This document shows positions 14,259 to 26,897 of a stretch of DNA of 64,000 nt, piece by piece. The position numbers and the translations under genes are program-made. The first letter of the stretch is position 1; every line of letters begins with the position of its first letter. The stretch covers positions 53,972,430 through 54,036,429 of the forward strand of contig NC_090399.1 in the NCBI RefSeq assembly GCF_036365525.1. Reading direction: 5' to 3'. The DNA is from Heterodontus francisci (lineage: Eukaryota). Below the pieces are notes generated by a model, which saw nothing but the letters and a program-made list of their open reading frames with translations, was not told the origin of the DNA and ran no database searches.

Positions 14259-15189
14259 TAGGTGACAGAGTGGGGAAGAATAGATTGGTCAAATTAGTGT
14301 CCAGAGAAATATAAAGGGGTATACAGTCTGTGGAGGTTGGTGACTCGGCTGGCTTCAGGCATAATTCGGTGAGCCTGAAGCTTCCGGTTTGAAGGTGTGG
14401 ACGGCTGATTCAGTGGTTCTCCTGAAGACAATGATGCAGATGATTTCATTCAAGGGGTCTCTGTCTGCAACAGCGATAGGCCTAGGTGGTGATGGTGGAC
14501 CTGTCACATGACCTTCACCCAGTGATTCAAGCATCGTAGTTATCATTGTGTATTCCCTCTTGCAACTTAATTATTCCATGTCTAGGAATTCCCTTCTCAC
14601 AACCAGGGTCCCATCGTTCAAGTGATTAGGTTTGAGTCATCCACCAGTTTAATGTACAGGTGATGGCCTTAATGTCTTGGTACTGGGAACAGGATAGGTA
14701 GTTCAGATTCCCCAGGTTATTGATCTTTCTGGGACTGGGCAGACAATTCATCTCCACCTCTGTGATACAAATAGGGGTGGCTATCTTAGCTGCTAGTAGA
14801 GTCACCTTTTATCTGTTTCTTTTTCATTTAAATTTAATCGGTGGATTAAAAAAATCATCATTCAACATAGCATGTATTTGTGACACAGAATACCGTCACT
14901 TCCTGTCTTTGCTCTTCCAGAATCATAACTTGTTGTACAAATCTCTGATCTTTTATCCTCTACGTCCAATCTCTATAGTGAAAGGAACCCATTCACTAAC
15001 TTATACTGCAGCAATTTCCTTCTTTTACAATCCCACACTGTGATCAAAATCCTGTTTTATTAAACTAACAACCCTTTCATCTGCATATTATCAAACTAGC
15101 TTATTTTTATTTAATGATTTATATGTGCCTATTCTAAGTCTGCAATGCTATTGTGTCATTCATAAAAATGTTGACTGAATAGTTTCAAA

Positions 15190-15590
15190 GGGGAGGCAGT
15201 GGGGTAGTGGTAGTGTCACTGGACTAGTAATCCAGACCCCCAAGCTTATGGTCTGGGGACATGGGTTTGAATCCCACCTGGCTGAGGGTGAAATTTGAAC
15301 TCAATTAATAAACAAATTCTGGAATTAAAAGCTTGTCTAACGGCGACCATAAAATCATTGTCGAATGTTGTAAAAACCCATCCGGTTCACGAATGTCCTT
15401 CAGGGAAGGAAATCTGCCATCCTCACCTGGTCTGGCCTACATGTGACTCCAGACCCACAGCAATGTGGTTGACTCTTAACTGCCCTCTGAAATGGCCTAG
15501 CAAGCTACTCAGTTCAAGGGCAATTAGGGATGGGCAGCAAATGCTGGCGTGGCCAGTGACGCCCACATCCCATGAATGAATAAAAAAAAA
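15190..15590 (+). mobile_element. tRNA-derived SINE whose 3' tail matches the LINE at 35766-37470
   Basis: A-box-like GTGGGGTAGTGG and B-box-like GGGTTTGAATCCC. Tail TCAAGGGCAATTAGGGATGGG...GCCCACATCCCATGAATGAATAAAA. Confidence 0.85.
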
Positions 15591-15859
15591 TGTGGTTTAG
15601 TGCAGGATTAAGGGAGTGGTGAGGGAGGTAGGTAACAATGACTTTCAATGCAGAGGGGCTTTGGATGACTTTACAGGGGCGGGAAGTATGCACGCCACTG
15701 GAAGATCTGTGTTATAAGCTGATCCCCGGCCTCTCTGGCACTTTGTGCTGTGTCTCCTTCTGCTTATCTCTCACTTTCACCCAATTCTTCCTCCTCTAAT
15801 GATGACAGCCCCTGCTGTTCTGCTGCCTCTACCACAGTCCTCTCTCTATTACTATTGTC

Positions 15860-16230
15860 GGGCAACATACAGCATACAATTATTTGGGAGACTTTCTCTG
15901 GGCATATTTTAGGGAGTCCCCAAAACTATCCAGGCACGTGTACTATTGTTTCAATAGGACAAGAGTGTTCATTGATGGTGCCCTGGCTCTGGTTGTATCT
16001 GAACTAATGGAGCATGGTGTGGCTGTGGAGCAGTATCACCAGCCATGTGTTGAGGGGATGAACCTTGTCCACAAGCAGCCATCCCCTGACATCTCTGGAC
16101 AGGTGGAATAATGTGGTGATGGTTGACTGTCACAGGACAAAGGCCTTCTGCCAGTTTCACGGGTAGCTGTCACAGACTGACCTTATCCTTGTGTAGTGAT
16201 CACCCACATCCAGCTGGATATTAATGTTCG
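15860..16230 (-). mobile_element. PIF/Harbinger (HARBI1-like) transposase relic
   Basis: Manual minus-strand translation across stops and frameshifts: INIQLDVGDH...GWLLVDKVHPLNTWLV...RYNQSQ...YTCLDSFGDSLKY...IVCCML. This resembles the Harbinger DDE motifs GWLLGDKGYPL, RFRCLD and CCxLHN. Confidence 0.65.
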
Positions 16231-17129
16231 GCTCAACATCACCTTCTATAAATATTTAAATCAATGAGATGCATTGAGGGCGGGGGGGACCAAATAACCA
16301 TCATCAGTGTAGGGCATGGTGGGAAGGGATGAACTTTGAACTTCGTACAGTCCGGCGGGGAAAGTCAGAATTCAAAGGTAAGTGTTTTTGGGGAGGAAGG
16401 GCAAATACTTAATGTAACCTTTATTGGGACGTGGGAAAGGGGTGTTAGAATTTTATTTGATTCATTCTGGGGGGTGGTGGGGAGGTGGAGGTATATCTTC
16501 AAAAATTTAAATTAACAGGCAGGGCTGGCTGCCCTTTAAAAATGGCGGCAGCGCCTGCGCACCGGCAGCTGACGCCATTACCGCCGACGGACAACCCCCC
16601 CTTTCCATGTGATTGGGGGGGGGGGGGGGCGGGCCAACCCGGATATTTAAATGAGCTGCCGCGCGGGAGATCGTGGTGGCTCTACCGCATGCAGTCAGCA
16701 ATTGGTTTCGCCCGCTTCCCGCAGCAGGCTCTTAAAATCCAGCCTTTGAGCCCAAAATTTCAGCTGGTGTTGCAGCACCTCACTAAGGTTAATTTAACAG
16801 TGCCTTCCTCCTCTGTAACCTCTACCATTGAGAAAGACAAGAGCAGCAATGTGTGGGGACAACACAATCTCCAAGTTCCCCTCCAAGTCACGCACTATCC
16901 TGACTTGGGCATTTCGCACCTTCCTTCATTGTCACTGAGTAAATATCCTGCAATCCCCGACCTGACAGCATTGTGGGAGCACCATTACCACAAAGACTGC
17001 AGCAGTTTAAGGAGAAGGCTCATGACCACTTTCTCAGGGGAGCTCGGGATGGACAATAAATGTGACCTTGATAGTGTCCCACACAGGCTGAGAGCAACTA
17101 AAACATCAATACGGGGGAGACAATCTGAG

Positions 17130-17380
17130 TTGCTGCCTTTCAGAGGTCACATTAAACTGAGGTCCTATCTGTCCTCAAAGGTGGACATAAAAGATCCCAT
17201 GGTGCGATTGGAAGAAGAATAGGGAGTTCTCCCTGTGTCCTGGCCAAGGTTTATTTTCCAGCAACACCACCAGATACATATGAACTTGTCTTCCACCTCA
17301 TTTGCTGTTTGCAGGAGCTTGCTGTGTCCGTAACAGATGGAAATCATTGTATGTAAAGAACTCGGAGATGTGATAAGGGG
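17130..17380 (+). mobile_element. Deu-domain SINE fragment (AmnSINE/SacSINE-like)
   Basis: GGTGGACATAAAAGATCCCATGG...GAAGAAGAATAGGGAGTTCTCCCTGTGTCCTGGCCAA resembles the Deu core as recalled. Confidence 0.6.
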
Positions 17381-17395
17381 TTATATATATATAAA

Positions 17396-17752
17396 GGGGC
17401 GGCACAGTGGCACAGTGGTTAGCACTGCAGCCTCACAGCTCCAGGGACCCGGGTTCGATTCTGGGTACTGCCTGTGTGGAGTTTGCAAGTTCTCCCTGTG
17501 TCTGCATGGGTTTTCTCCGGGTGCTCCGGTTTCCTCCCACAAGCCAAAAGACTTGCAGGTTGATAGGTAAATTGGCCATTATAAATTGTCACTAGTATAG
17601 GTAGGTGGTAGGGAAATATAGGGACAGGTGGGGATGTTTGGTAGGAATATGGGATTAGTGTAGGATTAGTATAAATGGGTGGTTGATGGTCGGCACAGAC
17701 TCGGTGGGCTGAAGGGCCTGTTTCAGTGCTGTATCTCTAATCTAATCTAAAC
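17396..17752 (+). mobile_element. HE1-type (V-SINE) shark SINE, full length
   Basis: tRNA-like head GGCACAGTGGCACAGTGGTTAGCACTGC...GGGTTCGATTC, V-domain GGTGCTCCGGTTTCCTCCCAC, CR1-derived tail GAAGGGCCTGTTTCAGTGCTGTATCTCTAA plus short repeats. Confidence 0.9.
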
Positions 17753-17958
17753 TCTTTCTTTAGTTAGATTGTCCTCCTCTGCAAGTTGAAAATGTTTCAT
17801 CTCACATCTAACCTGGGTGGTCTCCTATGGATTATGAATTAGTTATAGTCACTCATTATATATTTTTCACAATCTACAGACTACCCATTATGTTTTGTTC
17901 AACCTGCTACTTCACATTGGTTAATTGTACCCACACTGTGTCCTGTCTTTGCCCACAG

Positions 17959-18240
17959 TTCCTCCACAGATTGCCATGTACCCTGAAGAGTCTGTAGAAT
18001 GGGGTCAGCCCAACACATTGATCTGCCTGGCTGATGGATTCTTCCCTGCGCACATCACCATGAAGTGGGGAAGAAACAATGAACCACTGACTGACGGAGA
18101 TAACATCACAGAATACTATGTAAAAAAGGATTATTCCTACCAGAGATTCACATACCTGAACTTTATCCCGAGTCCTGGAGACATGTATTCCTGCCATGTG
18201 GATCACGAGGGTCTGGAGCAGCCAGCTACTGTATTCTGGG
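17959..18240 (+). CDS. mhc2a: MHC class II alpha chain, alpha2 (Ig-C1) exon
   Basis: 282-bp phase-1/phase-1 exon (cacag|TT...TGGG|gtcagt). Encodes (V)PPQIAMYPEESVEWGQPNTLICLADGFFPAHITMKW...GDMYSCHVDHEGLEQPATVFW, with the C1-set Cys/Trp/YxCxVxH and class II alpha GQPNTLIC signatures. Confidence 0.96.
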
Positions 18241-18489
18241 GTCAGTATGGATTTGATTAACTAGGATCTGATTTCAGTACTGATTTATCACCAGCTGCTG
18301 TGCAGTACACAAACTACACTTCCTGTTCTTCAATTGTAAACCATCCCTCAGATTCATGCTTTTTACCAAAAAGTAGACAGAATTCCATGTAATACAATAT
18401 AATTTGAGTTAATATTCATAAAATGTGATGTTTGATTAGCTGTTGAGTGAGAGTGAGCAAGGAGCAGGAATTGCTCCAACCTAAACATC

Positions 18490-20320
18490 AACAAGACACT
18501 CTCGATAGCTGACATCCTTCCATCTATGAAACAGGCAATCCATTTAGGTGGGGTGTCTTCTCTTGGTGCACTTTTGCTGATGGCTGTGAAGGCCAATCCT
18601 TGAGAGGTAGGTTCTGCTGCAAGTGCTGCACGTGAAGCTGCCAAGTAACACTGAGAGTTGTTTTTTGACGTTGGCGCCTGTTGCCGAGCTGCTGTAGTAA
18701 CTGGTCATCGTGGTTATTCATGCCCATCCACAGGATGTGTCACCATCTCCCTCTTTCATCAGCTAGTGACTCCCAAGTGCAATAGTTGATATTTAGGGCC
18801 TTCATGTCATGCTTGCAAGCATCTTTGAAGCAGAACTTTGGGCGCCCCACTGGTCACCTGGCCCCGGCTACCTCACCATACAGAAGAACCTTAGATATGT
18901 GTCCATTTTTCATCCTGTGGATGTGGCTGATTTACCAAAGCCGCCTCTGTTTGATTAGTGCCAACATTCTTGGGAATTCTGCCTTTGAGAGGACTGTGAA
19001 TTTGTGATTTTGTCCAGCCAGGATATACACATAATGTGCCGTAGACAGCGAAGATGGAAATTATTGAGCTTCTTGTCCTGGTAGCTGTAAGTCACCCATG
19101 TTTCACAGCCATACAGCAAGGTGCTGAGACAACAGGCTTTATAAACCATCAGCTTGGTCCTAAGGGTCAGCTTGATGTTATCCCATGCGCGTTTCGCAAG
19201 TCGGCAAAAGATGGTAGCTGCTTTCTCTGTGCGAGTATCGAGCTCTGCATCAAGGGACAGATTGTCTGTCACCGTGGATCTAAGGTAGCAGAATTTGCCA
19301 CCGACATCCAGTGGGATATTATTTAGTGTGGTCAGGGACAGAGATGCAACACCTTATCCCATGTCCACAGTTTTCTTGATGCTTATAGTCAAGGAGAACA
19401 AGTTACAGGCACGGGAGAGACAGTCCATGAGTCTTTATAGCTGAGAACGACTAGCACAGCATCATCAGTGTAGAGGAGTTTTCTGATCAGGATGTGATGT
19501 GTTTTTGACTTTGATTTCAGCCTTGATAGATTGTAAAGCTGGCCGTCTGACCTAGTGTGCAAGTAGACTCCTTCCATATCTGCAGGGAAGGCGAACATCA
19601 GGAGAATGGAGAATAAGATGCCAAACAGAGTGGGGACTAGGACACAACCCTGTTTCACTCCATTCTTCACTCTGAAACTGTACAGTGCAGTGTATCTTGT
19701 CATGGAAGGAGCGGATGAGATTGAGGAGCTTTAGTGGACAGCCAATTTTTCCCAAAATCTTGTAGAGCCCTGCTCTGCTGATAGTGTCAAATGCCTTAGT
19801 GAGATCTACAAAAGTAAGGTAAAGGGGTATACTCTGTTCCCTCACTTCTCTTGTAGCTGGCAAATGGAGAGGATCATATCCACAGTAGATCTGCAGACAT
19901 GGAAACCGCACTGCGCTCCCGAGTACACTCGGCCTGCAAGGAAACGGAGTCTTTTAAGTATAACCCTAGTAAAGGCCTTCCAAGTGACGCTGAGGAGAGA
20001 GATGCCCCTATAGTTGTTGCGGTCTCTCCTCTGTCACCTTTGTTTTTGTATAATGTGATGATTTTGGCATCACACATCTGTGGAACAGAGCCTACTTTCC
20101 AGCAAAGAAGGAGAAGGTCATAAATGTGTTGCAATAGATGGGACTTTCCATCCTTTCTGGGTGCCCTTCTATTCGCTAGGCAGTCTATGGTCTTCTGGAG
20201 CTCCAGTGATAAGGGTCCTTCATCTAACTCATCCATGCCAGATGTTGCGAGAGAGCACCAAGCACAGAATGGGAGATGTCGATGGCAGGGCCAAGAGCCC
20301 TCTTGATCCCTTCATACGTA
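18490..20320 (-). mobile_element. RTE-clade LINE, 5'-truncated and frameshifted
   Basis: Minus ORFs carry FVDLTKAFDT, GVKQGCVLVPTLF, LLYTDD and TKLMVYKACCLSTLLYGCETW..LNNFHLRCLRHI, typical of RTE/Bov-B-like RT. Confidence 0.88.
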
Positions 20321-20954
20321 AATAACTCTCAACACCTTCAATTAAGTAGAAGTTGGCCTACACAGAACGAAAAAAGTGGTTCATTATGTAGCCTTCCGGA
20401 ATGAATCTCTGACCAATATTGAAACTTAGTTTCTGCAGAACCAAGGCTGGCTATGTGTATAACAAGACTGGAAAAACCTACATCCCAGTACCATGCCAGG
20501 TGCATCATGTTATGTGTGGGGTTTTTTTTCTGTCCTGCGCATTATATATATTTTGTTTCCCATATTTTAGATTATTTTCATCGGTGGGTTTTCATTCACT
20601 CGGGCTCCCAGACGATCTTCACCAGTGCTGTTATCAAAGTAGATTTTGACAGCATGCCCAGAATTATGAGCAGAAAAGATTTTGAGCTACAAGATTTATA
20701 CTGCACCTCCTCGTGTGTTTCTGAGAAGCAGAATATCATAACAGTCCGTGTTTTAGGCTTCAACTGTGAAACACGTAAATTGAAGAATAGATGAACAAGT
20801 GTTTTATTTATAATATGATCTATCTCCCATGGTATTTTCCACAGTAAGTCAGTGAATATGATTTCCCTTGCCTCTCTCTCTTCCTTATTGCCACGGCTCG
20901 GCAACATGTCTGTAAACAGTGTCCATAGTAAAAGATTTTGAGGTCTGTGACTGG

Positions 20955-21137
20955 TAATTTCAGGGATGAGAAATTTCCCATTGGCTTCTTCTTTCTGGCT
21001 GTAAAAATAAAAAAATCGCAAGAAGTACAGCAGTTTCTGAACTTCAGACAGGTTCGGGGCTTTCCGATGGGTTCTGATTTATTTTTGAAAAGTCTTCCAG
21101 AAAACCCTGAACCTGCCCAAAGTTCAGAAACTGCTGT
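20955..21137. repeat. Inverted-repeat (hairpin) element homologous to the interior of the hAT element at 40049-41051
   Basis: Arms 21027-21066 and 21097-21137 begin with an 18-bp perfect match. The flank GAGAAATTTCCCATT is the near reverse complement of AATGGGAAATTTCTT near 40955. Confidence 0.7.
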
Positions 21138-21256
21138 TCGTGCTCTGAGCAATGGTCAGAGAGAGAGGAGAAAAGAGGGATGGACACAAAGGGAGGTGAG
21201 ATGGACGCAGAGAAGGAATAGGGATTGACACAGAGAGAGCAAAAGATCAAGGTCAC

Positions 21257-21606
21257 TTTTTTATTATTTGTTGGATGTGGGTATTACCAGCATTTATTGC
21301 CTATTCCTCCTTGAACTGAGTGGCTTGTTAGGCCATATAAGAGACAACCACGTTGATGTGGGTCTGGAGTCACATGTAGGCCAGACCAGGTAAGGTCGGC
21401 AGATTTCCTTCCCTGAAGGACATTAGTGAACCAGATGGGTTTTTACAACAATCGATTCATTAGACTAGCTTTAAATTCAAGATTTATTAATTGAATTCAA
21501 ACTTCACCATCTGCTGTGGGAGGATTCAAGCCCATGTCCCCAGAGCATTAGCCTGGGGCTCTGGCTTACTAGTCCAGTGACATTACCACTACGCCACCAC
21601 CTCCCC
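21257..21606 (-). mobile_element. SINE of the same family as 15190-15590, reverse orientation
   Basis: Reverse complement of the head (CTAGTCCAGTGACATTACCACTACGCCACCACCTCCC) and body (GAGTCACATGTAGGCCAGACCAGG). Confidence 0.8.
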
Positions 21607-22289
21607 ACATACTCCTGATAGATGGACATCTATCCAGATTCTCCACATCACTACATCAAGTGTGAGGGCAGACATCAACAATGCCAGGTACCTCACTAAA
21701 TAGGGAGAAACGTGTTTGAAATTGGACTGTGTTTTGATGGCATTAGGTTGGCCGAACACTTTATTTACAGATTAATTGCCCCCATGTCCATAGCTGAGTC
21801 AATAATTTTGTTAAATATTCATGGTGCCTATCCCTACTCATTGTCTACTCAGTCCTTAATTCTGACCGCTTCCCTCTGTCTTTTGCTTCTCTTTTTCATG
21901 CTCTCTCTCTCTCTCTCTCTGTACAGCAGATTGCATTTAGGGTGGGGGTTATTATAAAGAATATATGGCCCTCAGCGTCTCTCTTTCCTTCACCTCCTCC
22001 AATCATTAGTCCTTTTTTCACAATCAAAATGTGTCCTCCAGACCTTTAGTTTCCCACTTCCCCTTCCTATCATCCCCTCACTCCCAACAGTATCCCATGT
22101 CTTCCCCTGTCAATGACTCACTTGATCTCTGTATTCTGCTCTCCCCCCTTTCTCTAGTGTCATTCTCCTCCCCATAAACACTCCATCTACTCCCATCCAC
22201 TGGGCGGTGAAAGTCCAGGCCCCGCCCTTCACCCTCAACCAGGTTCCTCCTCCACTCCCTGTCTTCCCCCCAAATCTCTGTCCTCCCCC

Positions 22290-24205
22290 ACAGTCTCTGT
22301 CCACCCCCCAACTCTCTTCCCGCCTCTTCACACTGTTCCTCCCACCACTCTCTTCCCACTCCGCACTCTGTTCCCGCTCCTCACTCTCATCCCCCACATC
22401 ATTCTCCCCCCCCCAATCACTCTCTTCCCCCCTGCTCTCTTCCCGCTCCTCACTCTCATCCCCCCATCACTCTCTTCCTTCACTGCTCTCTTCCCCCACT
22501 GCTCTCTTCCCCCACTGCTCTCTTCCCCCACTGCTCTCTTCCCCCACATCACTCTCATCCCCCCATCACTCTCTTCCTCCACTGCTCTCTTCCCCCACTG
22601 CTCTCTTCCCCCACTGCTCTCTTCCCCCACATCACTCTCTCCCCCCACATCACTCTCTTCCCCCACATCACTCTCTCCCCCCACATCACTCTCATCCCCC
22701 CCATCACTCTCTTCCTCCACTGCTCTCTTCCCCCACTGCTCTCTTCCCCCACTGCTCTCTTCCCCCACATCACTCTCATCCCCCCCATCACTCTCTTCTT
22801 CCACTGCTCTCTTCCCCCTCTGCTCTCTTCCCCCACTGCTCTCTTCCCCCACATCACTCTCTCCCCCCACATCACTCTCTCCCCCCACATCATTCTCTTC
22901 CCCCACATCACTCTCTTCCACCACTGCTCTCTTCCCCCACATCACTCTCTTCCCCCACATCTCTCTCTTCCCCCACATCATTCTCTTCCCCCACATCACT
23001 CTCCTCCCCTACATCACTCTCATCCCCTCCCTGCTCTCTTCCTCCACATCACTCTCCTCCCCCACATCGCTTTCATCACCCCCTGGAGGAAAATGTAGCT
23101 GGTCTGACTAGTAAGTTTGCAGATGACACAAAGGTCGGTGGAGTTGCGGATAGTGATGAGGATTGTCAGAGGATACAGCAGGATATAGATCGGTTGGAGA
23201 CCTGGGCAGAGAAATGGCAGATGGAGTTTAATCCAGACAAATGTGAGGTAATGCATTTTGGAAGGTCTAATGTGGGTGGGAAGTATACAGTAAATGGCAG
23301 AACCCTTAGAGTATTGACAGGCAGAGAGATCTGAGCGTACAGGTCCACAGGTCACTGAAAGTGGCAATGCAGGTGGATAAGGTAGTCAAGTAGGCATACG
23401 GCATGCTTGTCTTCATCGGTCGGGGCACAGAGTATAAAAATTGGCAAGTCATGCTGCAGCTGTACAGAACTTTAGTTCGGCCGCATTTAGAATATTGCGT
23501 GCAATTCTGGTCGCCACACTACCAGAAGGACGTGGAGGCTTTGGAGAGGGTACAGAAGAGGTTTACCAGGATGTTGCCCGGTCTGGAGGGCATTAGCTAT
23601 GAGGAGAGGTTGGATAAACTCGGATTGTTTTCACTGGAACGACGGAGGTGGAGGGGCGACATGATAGAGGTTTACAAAGTTATAAGCGGCATGGACAGAG
23701 TGGATAGTCAGAGGCTTTTTCCCAGGGTGGAAGAGTCAGTTACAAGGGGACATAGGTTTAAGGTGAGAGGGGCAAAGTTTAGAGGGGAAGAGCGAGGCAA
23801 GTTTTTTACACAGAGGGTGGTGAGTGCCCGGAACTTGCTGCTGGGGGAGGTGGTGGAAGCAGGTACGATAGCGACGTTTAAGAGGCATCTTGACAAATAC
23901 ATGAATAGGATGGGAATAGAGGGATACGGTCCCCAGAAGTGCAGAAGGTTTTAGTTCAGGCAGGTATCGAGATCAGCGCAGGCTTGGAGGGCCGAATAGC
24001 CTGTTCCTGTGCTGTACTGTTCTTTGTCCTTTGTTCCCCACATCACTCTCTTCCCCCCGCTTTCTTCCCGCCCCTCACTCTCTTGCCCCACATCACTCTC
24101 ATCCCCCACTGCTCTCTTCCCGCCCCTCACTGTTTTCCTGCACACCTCTCTCTTGCCCCATATCCTCTCACCGCCCTCCCCCGTTCTCTTCCCGCCCCTC
24201 ACTGG
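22290..24205 (+). repeat. Pyrimidine-rich compound minisatellite (16- and 18-bp units) interrupted by a CR1 insertion
   Basis: Interleaved CCCCCACTGCTCTCTT and CCCCCACATCACTCTCTT units at 22290-23082, resuming at 24036-24205. Confidence 0.85.
23083..24035 (+). mobile_element. CR1 (HER1-like) LINE, 5'-truncated
   Basis: SKFADDTK, WQMEFNPDKCEVMHFG and [19 protein letters not shown] motifs; TTCTTTG-type 3' tail. Confidence 0.93.
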
Positions 24206-25317
24206 CTTTAATCTAATTATCACAGTTCTGGGGAGGGTCTCCTGGTGGGATTTCTAGCTGTGCCAAGGATAAGGTTTTGGAGCAAAAGACAATGGTTGTT
24301 TCAGGACTCTGACTGCTGCATTTGTGGGGCAGCTGTAGAGGAGAGTCCGATTTCTAAAGGAACAGACTTTAAATTCCTGGACTGCAAGAATTAAACATCC
24401 CCAAGTTACAGCACAAAACAGGCCATTCGGCCCATTGATCCATGCTGCTGTCTATGCTCCACTCGAGCCTGCTCCAACATTCAATTAGATTATGGCTGCT
24501 CTGTATCTTAGCTCCATCTACCCTCTTTGGTTTCATCGCCTTTAATACCCTTACCCAATAAAAATGTATCAATCTCACTTGTGAAAGTTTTAATTGAGCC
24601 CCAGCCTCAACAGCTTTTTTGGGGAAGGGAGATCCAGTTTTCCACTACACCTTCTGTGAAGAACCGCTTCCAAACATCACCCCTGAATGGCCTGATTTTA
24701 AGGTGTTGCCCCCTTGTTCTGGACTCCCCTCCCCTCCCTTATCTGTATTTACCCGATTGAATCCTTTGATCACCCCTCGATTAAATCAACCTTAATCTTC
24801 TATAGACCCGGCCCCGGGGGTATTGACCACAATCCGGGGACACAGACCGCAGGGTCAGGCCAAGTCCACCGGTGGATGCCCCTGAAGCAGCTGGGCCTCA
24901 GGCCTCCCTCCCCTGGGCCCCGGGCCTCCCGTCTTTACCTCAGGCCCGCGGCTCCAACCTGTGATCTGGCTGCCACCCACACTTGCTTTCCCGGAACCCA
25001 AGCTCCCTAGCTCCAGACTTACCCAGAAGCAGATTCAGGCGCACCGCTCGGCATGGGATAAAGCGGATTGCAAGCAGTGCCACCCACATAACTACACCGC
25101 CTCCACCCCCCCCACCCCCCACCAGCTTCTGGGCAGCAACCACTTCCTGATTTTATACAATACTCAAAGTAGCATGCATGTGTGCATAGTATTTTTTGGT
25201 AAAAGCTTCAAGATCAGATAGTATAAGATCCAAAGTGATACTCTAGAATCGATTGGCAGGCCAGATGGAAACGTTTGTGGGCCAGATTCTGGCCGTGGGT
25301 TGTGTTTTTAGACAACC

Positions 25318-26700
25318 ATAGAAATATAGAAAATAGGAGCAGGAGCAGGAGTAGGCCATTCAGCCCTTTGGGCCTGTTCCACCATTCAGAAAAGGTCATG
25401 GCTGATCATCTAATTCAGTACCCTGTTCCTGCTTTCTCCCCATAATCCTTGATCCCATTGGCATTGAGAAATATGTCCATCCCTTTCTTGAATATATTTA
25501 ATGGCTTGGCCTCCACAGCCTTCTGCGGTTGAGAATTCCACAGGTTCACCATTCCTCATCTCGTTTCTGAATGGCATACCCTGTATCCTGAGACTGTGAC
25601 CCCTGGTTCTGGACTCCCCAGCCATCGGGAACATCCTCCCTGCAGCTAGCCTGTCTAGTCCCGTTGGAATTTTATAGGTTTCTATAAGATCCCCTCCCAT
25701 TCTTCTAAATTCTGGTGAATATAGGCCTAATCGACCCAATCTCTCCTCATACATCAATCCTGCCTAGTAAATGGTCTTTGCACTCCCTCCATGGCAAGAA
25801 CATCCTTTCTCAGATACGGAGACCAAAACTGCACACAATACTCCAGATGTGGTCTCACCAAGGCCCTGTATAAATGCAGTATTTTTTCTTTTTTATATTT
25901 TTTTTGTTTGTTTTATTTTATTTTATCCTGGTTTGTTCAGTTTGCCTACCCACTGTTTTTTTCATGTTTGTACATGCAGCTGTTCAATCTCAGTCTGTTA
26001 ACACCCTATCTGTACTAATGCTTTGTCTTTCAACACACCATTAACATATTGTCTGCCTTCGCTCCATGACCTTCTGGTCGGTTATTGTGTGACCTTGTCC
26101 TATCTACACCTTCCCCTTTGTTATCTCTTGCCCCACCCCCGCTTTACTTGCTCGAAACCTTTTACATTTCTAATATTTGCCAGTTCTGAAGGGTCAGTGA
26201 CCTGAAACATTAACTCTGCTTCTCTCTCCACAGATGCTGCCAGACCTGCTGAGTATTTCCAGCATTTCTTGTTTTTATTTCAGATTTCCAGCATCCGCAG
26301 TATTTTGCTTTTATTATGTACCATTCGCCTTCCTAACAGCTTGCTGCACCTGAATGCTTGCTTTCAGCGACTGGTGTACAAGGACACCCAGGTCTCATTG
26401 CACCTCCCCCTTTCCCAATCTATCATCATTCAGGTAATAATCTGACTTTCTGTTTTTACAACCAAAGTGGATAACCTCACATTTATCCACATTATACTGC
26501 ATCTGCCATGCATTTGCCCACTCACCCAACTTGTCCAAATCACATTGGTGTCTCTTTGCATCCTCTTCACAGCTCACATTCCCCCCCCCTCCCAGCTTTG
26601 TGTCATCTGCAAACTTGGAAATGTTACATTTGTTCCCTCACACAAGTCATTAATATATATTGTGAATAGCTGGGGCCCAAGCACTGATCCCTGTGGTACT
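25318..26700 (-). mobile_element. CR1 LINE fragment interrupted by an insertion at about 25881-26316
   Basis: Minus ORFs YEERLGRLGLYS..GDLIETYKI and WQMQYNVDKCEVIHFG; CR1 tail at 25318. Confidence 0.85.
25881..26316. mobile_element. Nested repeat carrying the shark Penelope-associated palindromic terminal sequence
   Basis: CTCTCTCCACAGATGCTGCCAGACCTGCTGAGTATTTCCAGCATTT recurs almost exactly at 50950-50996. Family assignment is from recall. Confidence 0.55.
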
Positions 26701-26897
26701 AATCACTTTCTTTCTTTCGCATTTATTCTTCTATCAGCAATGAAGTGGAATTGGCCATTGTACTAATCCAACCTCCCACCGCAGTATCATTTAAGGGTAA
26801 AATAGGAGAATGGCCAACATCAGAAATAGTGCAATCGAAAGATCCCACTTGCTGATTTTAAAGCTCTCGACCGGGACTTTGCCAGAGGAATCCAAAA

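Noticed and set aside
17396-17470. tRNA gene
   Set aside because: The A/B boxes belong to the tRNA-derived SINE head; there is no complete cloverleaf.
11108-17958. Class II alpha leader or alpha1 exon
   Set aside because: No ORF or splice-bounded segment resembling alpha1 was recognised; it is presumed to lie upstream of the window.
17959-18240. W-category, beta2-microglobulin, DM or Ig/TCR identity for the C1 exon
   Set aside because: The GQPNTLIC...YSCHVDH...VFW pattern, the 282-bp size and the matching CALGL TM exon fit a conventional shark class II alpha chain.
22207-23334. 375-aa ORF fusing low-complexity sequence to RT
   Set aside because: Chance read-through from a pyrimidine repeat into a 5'-truncated CR1.
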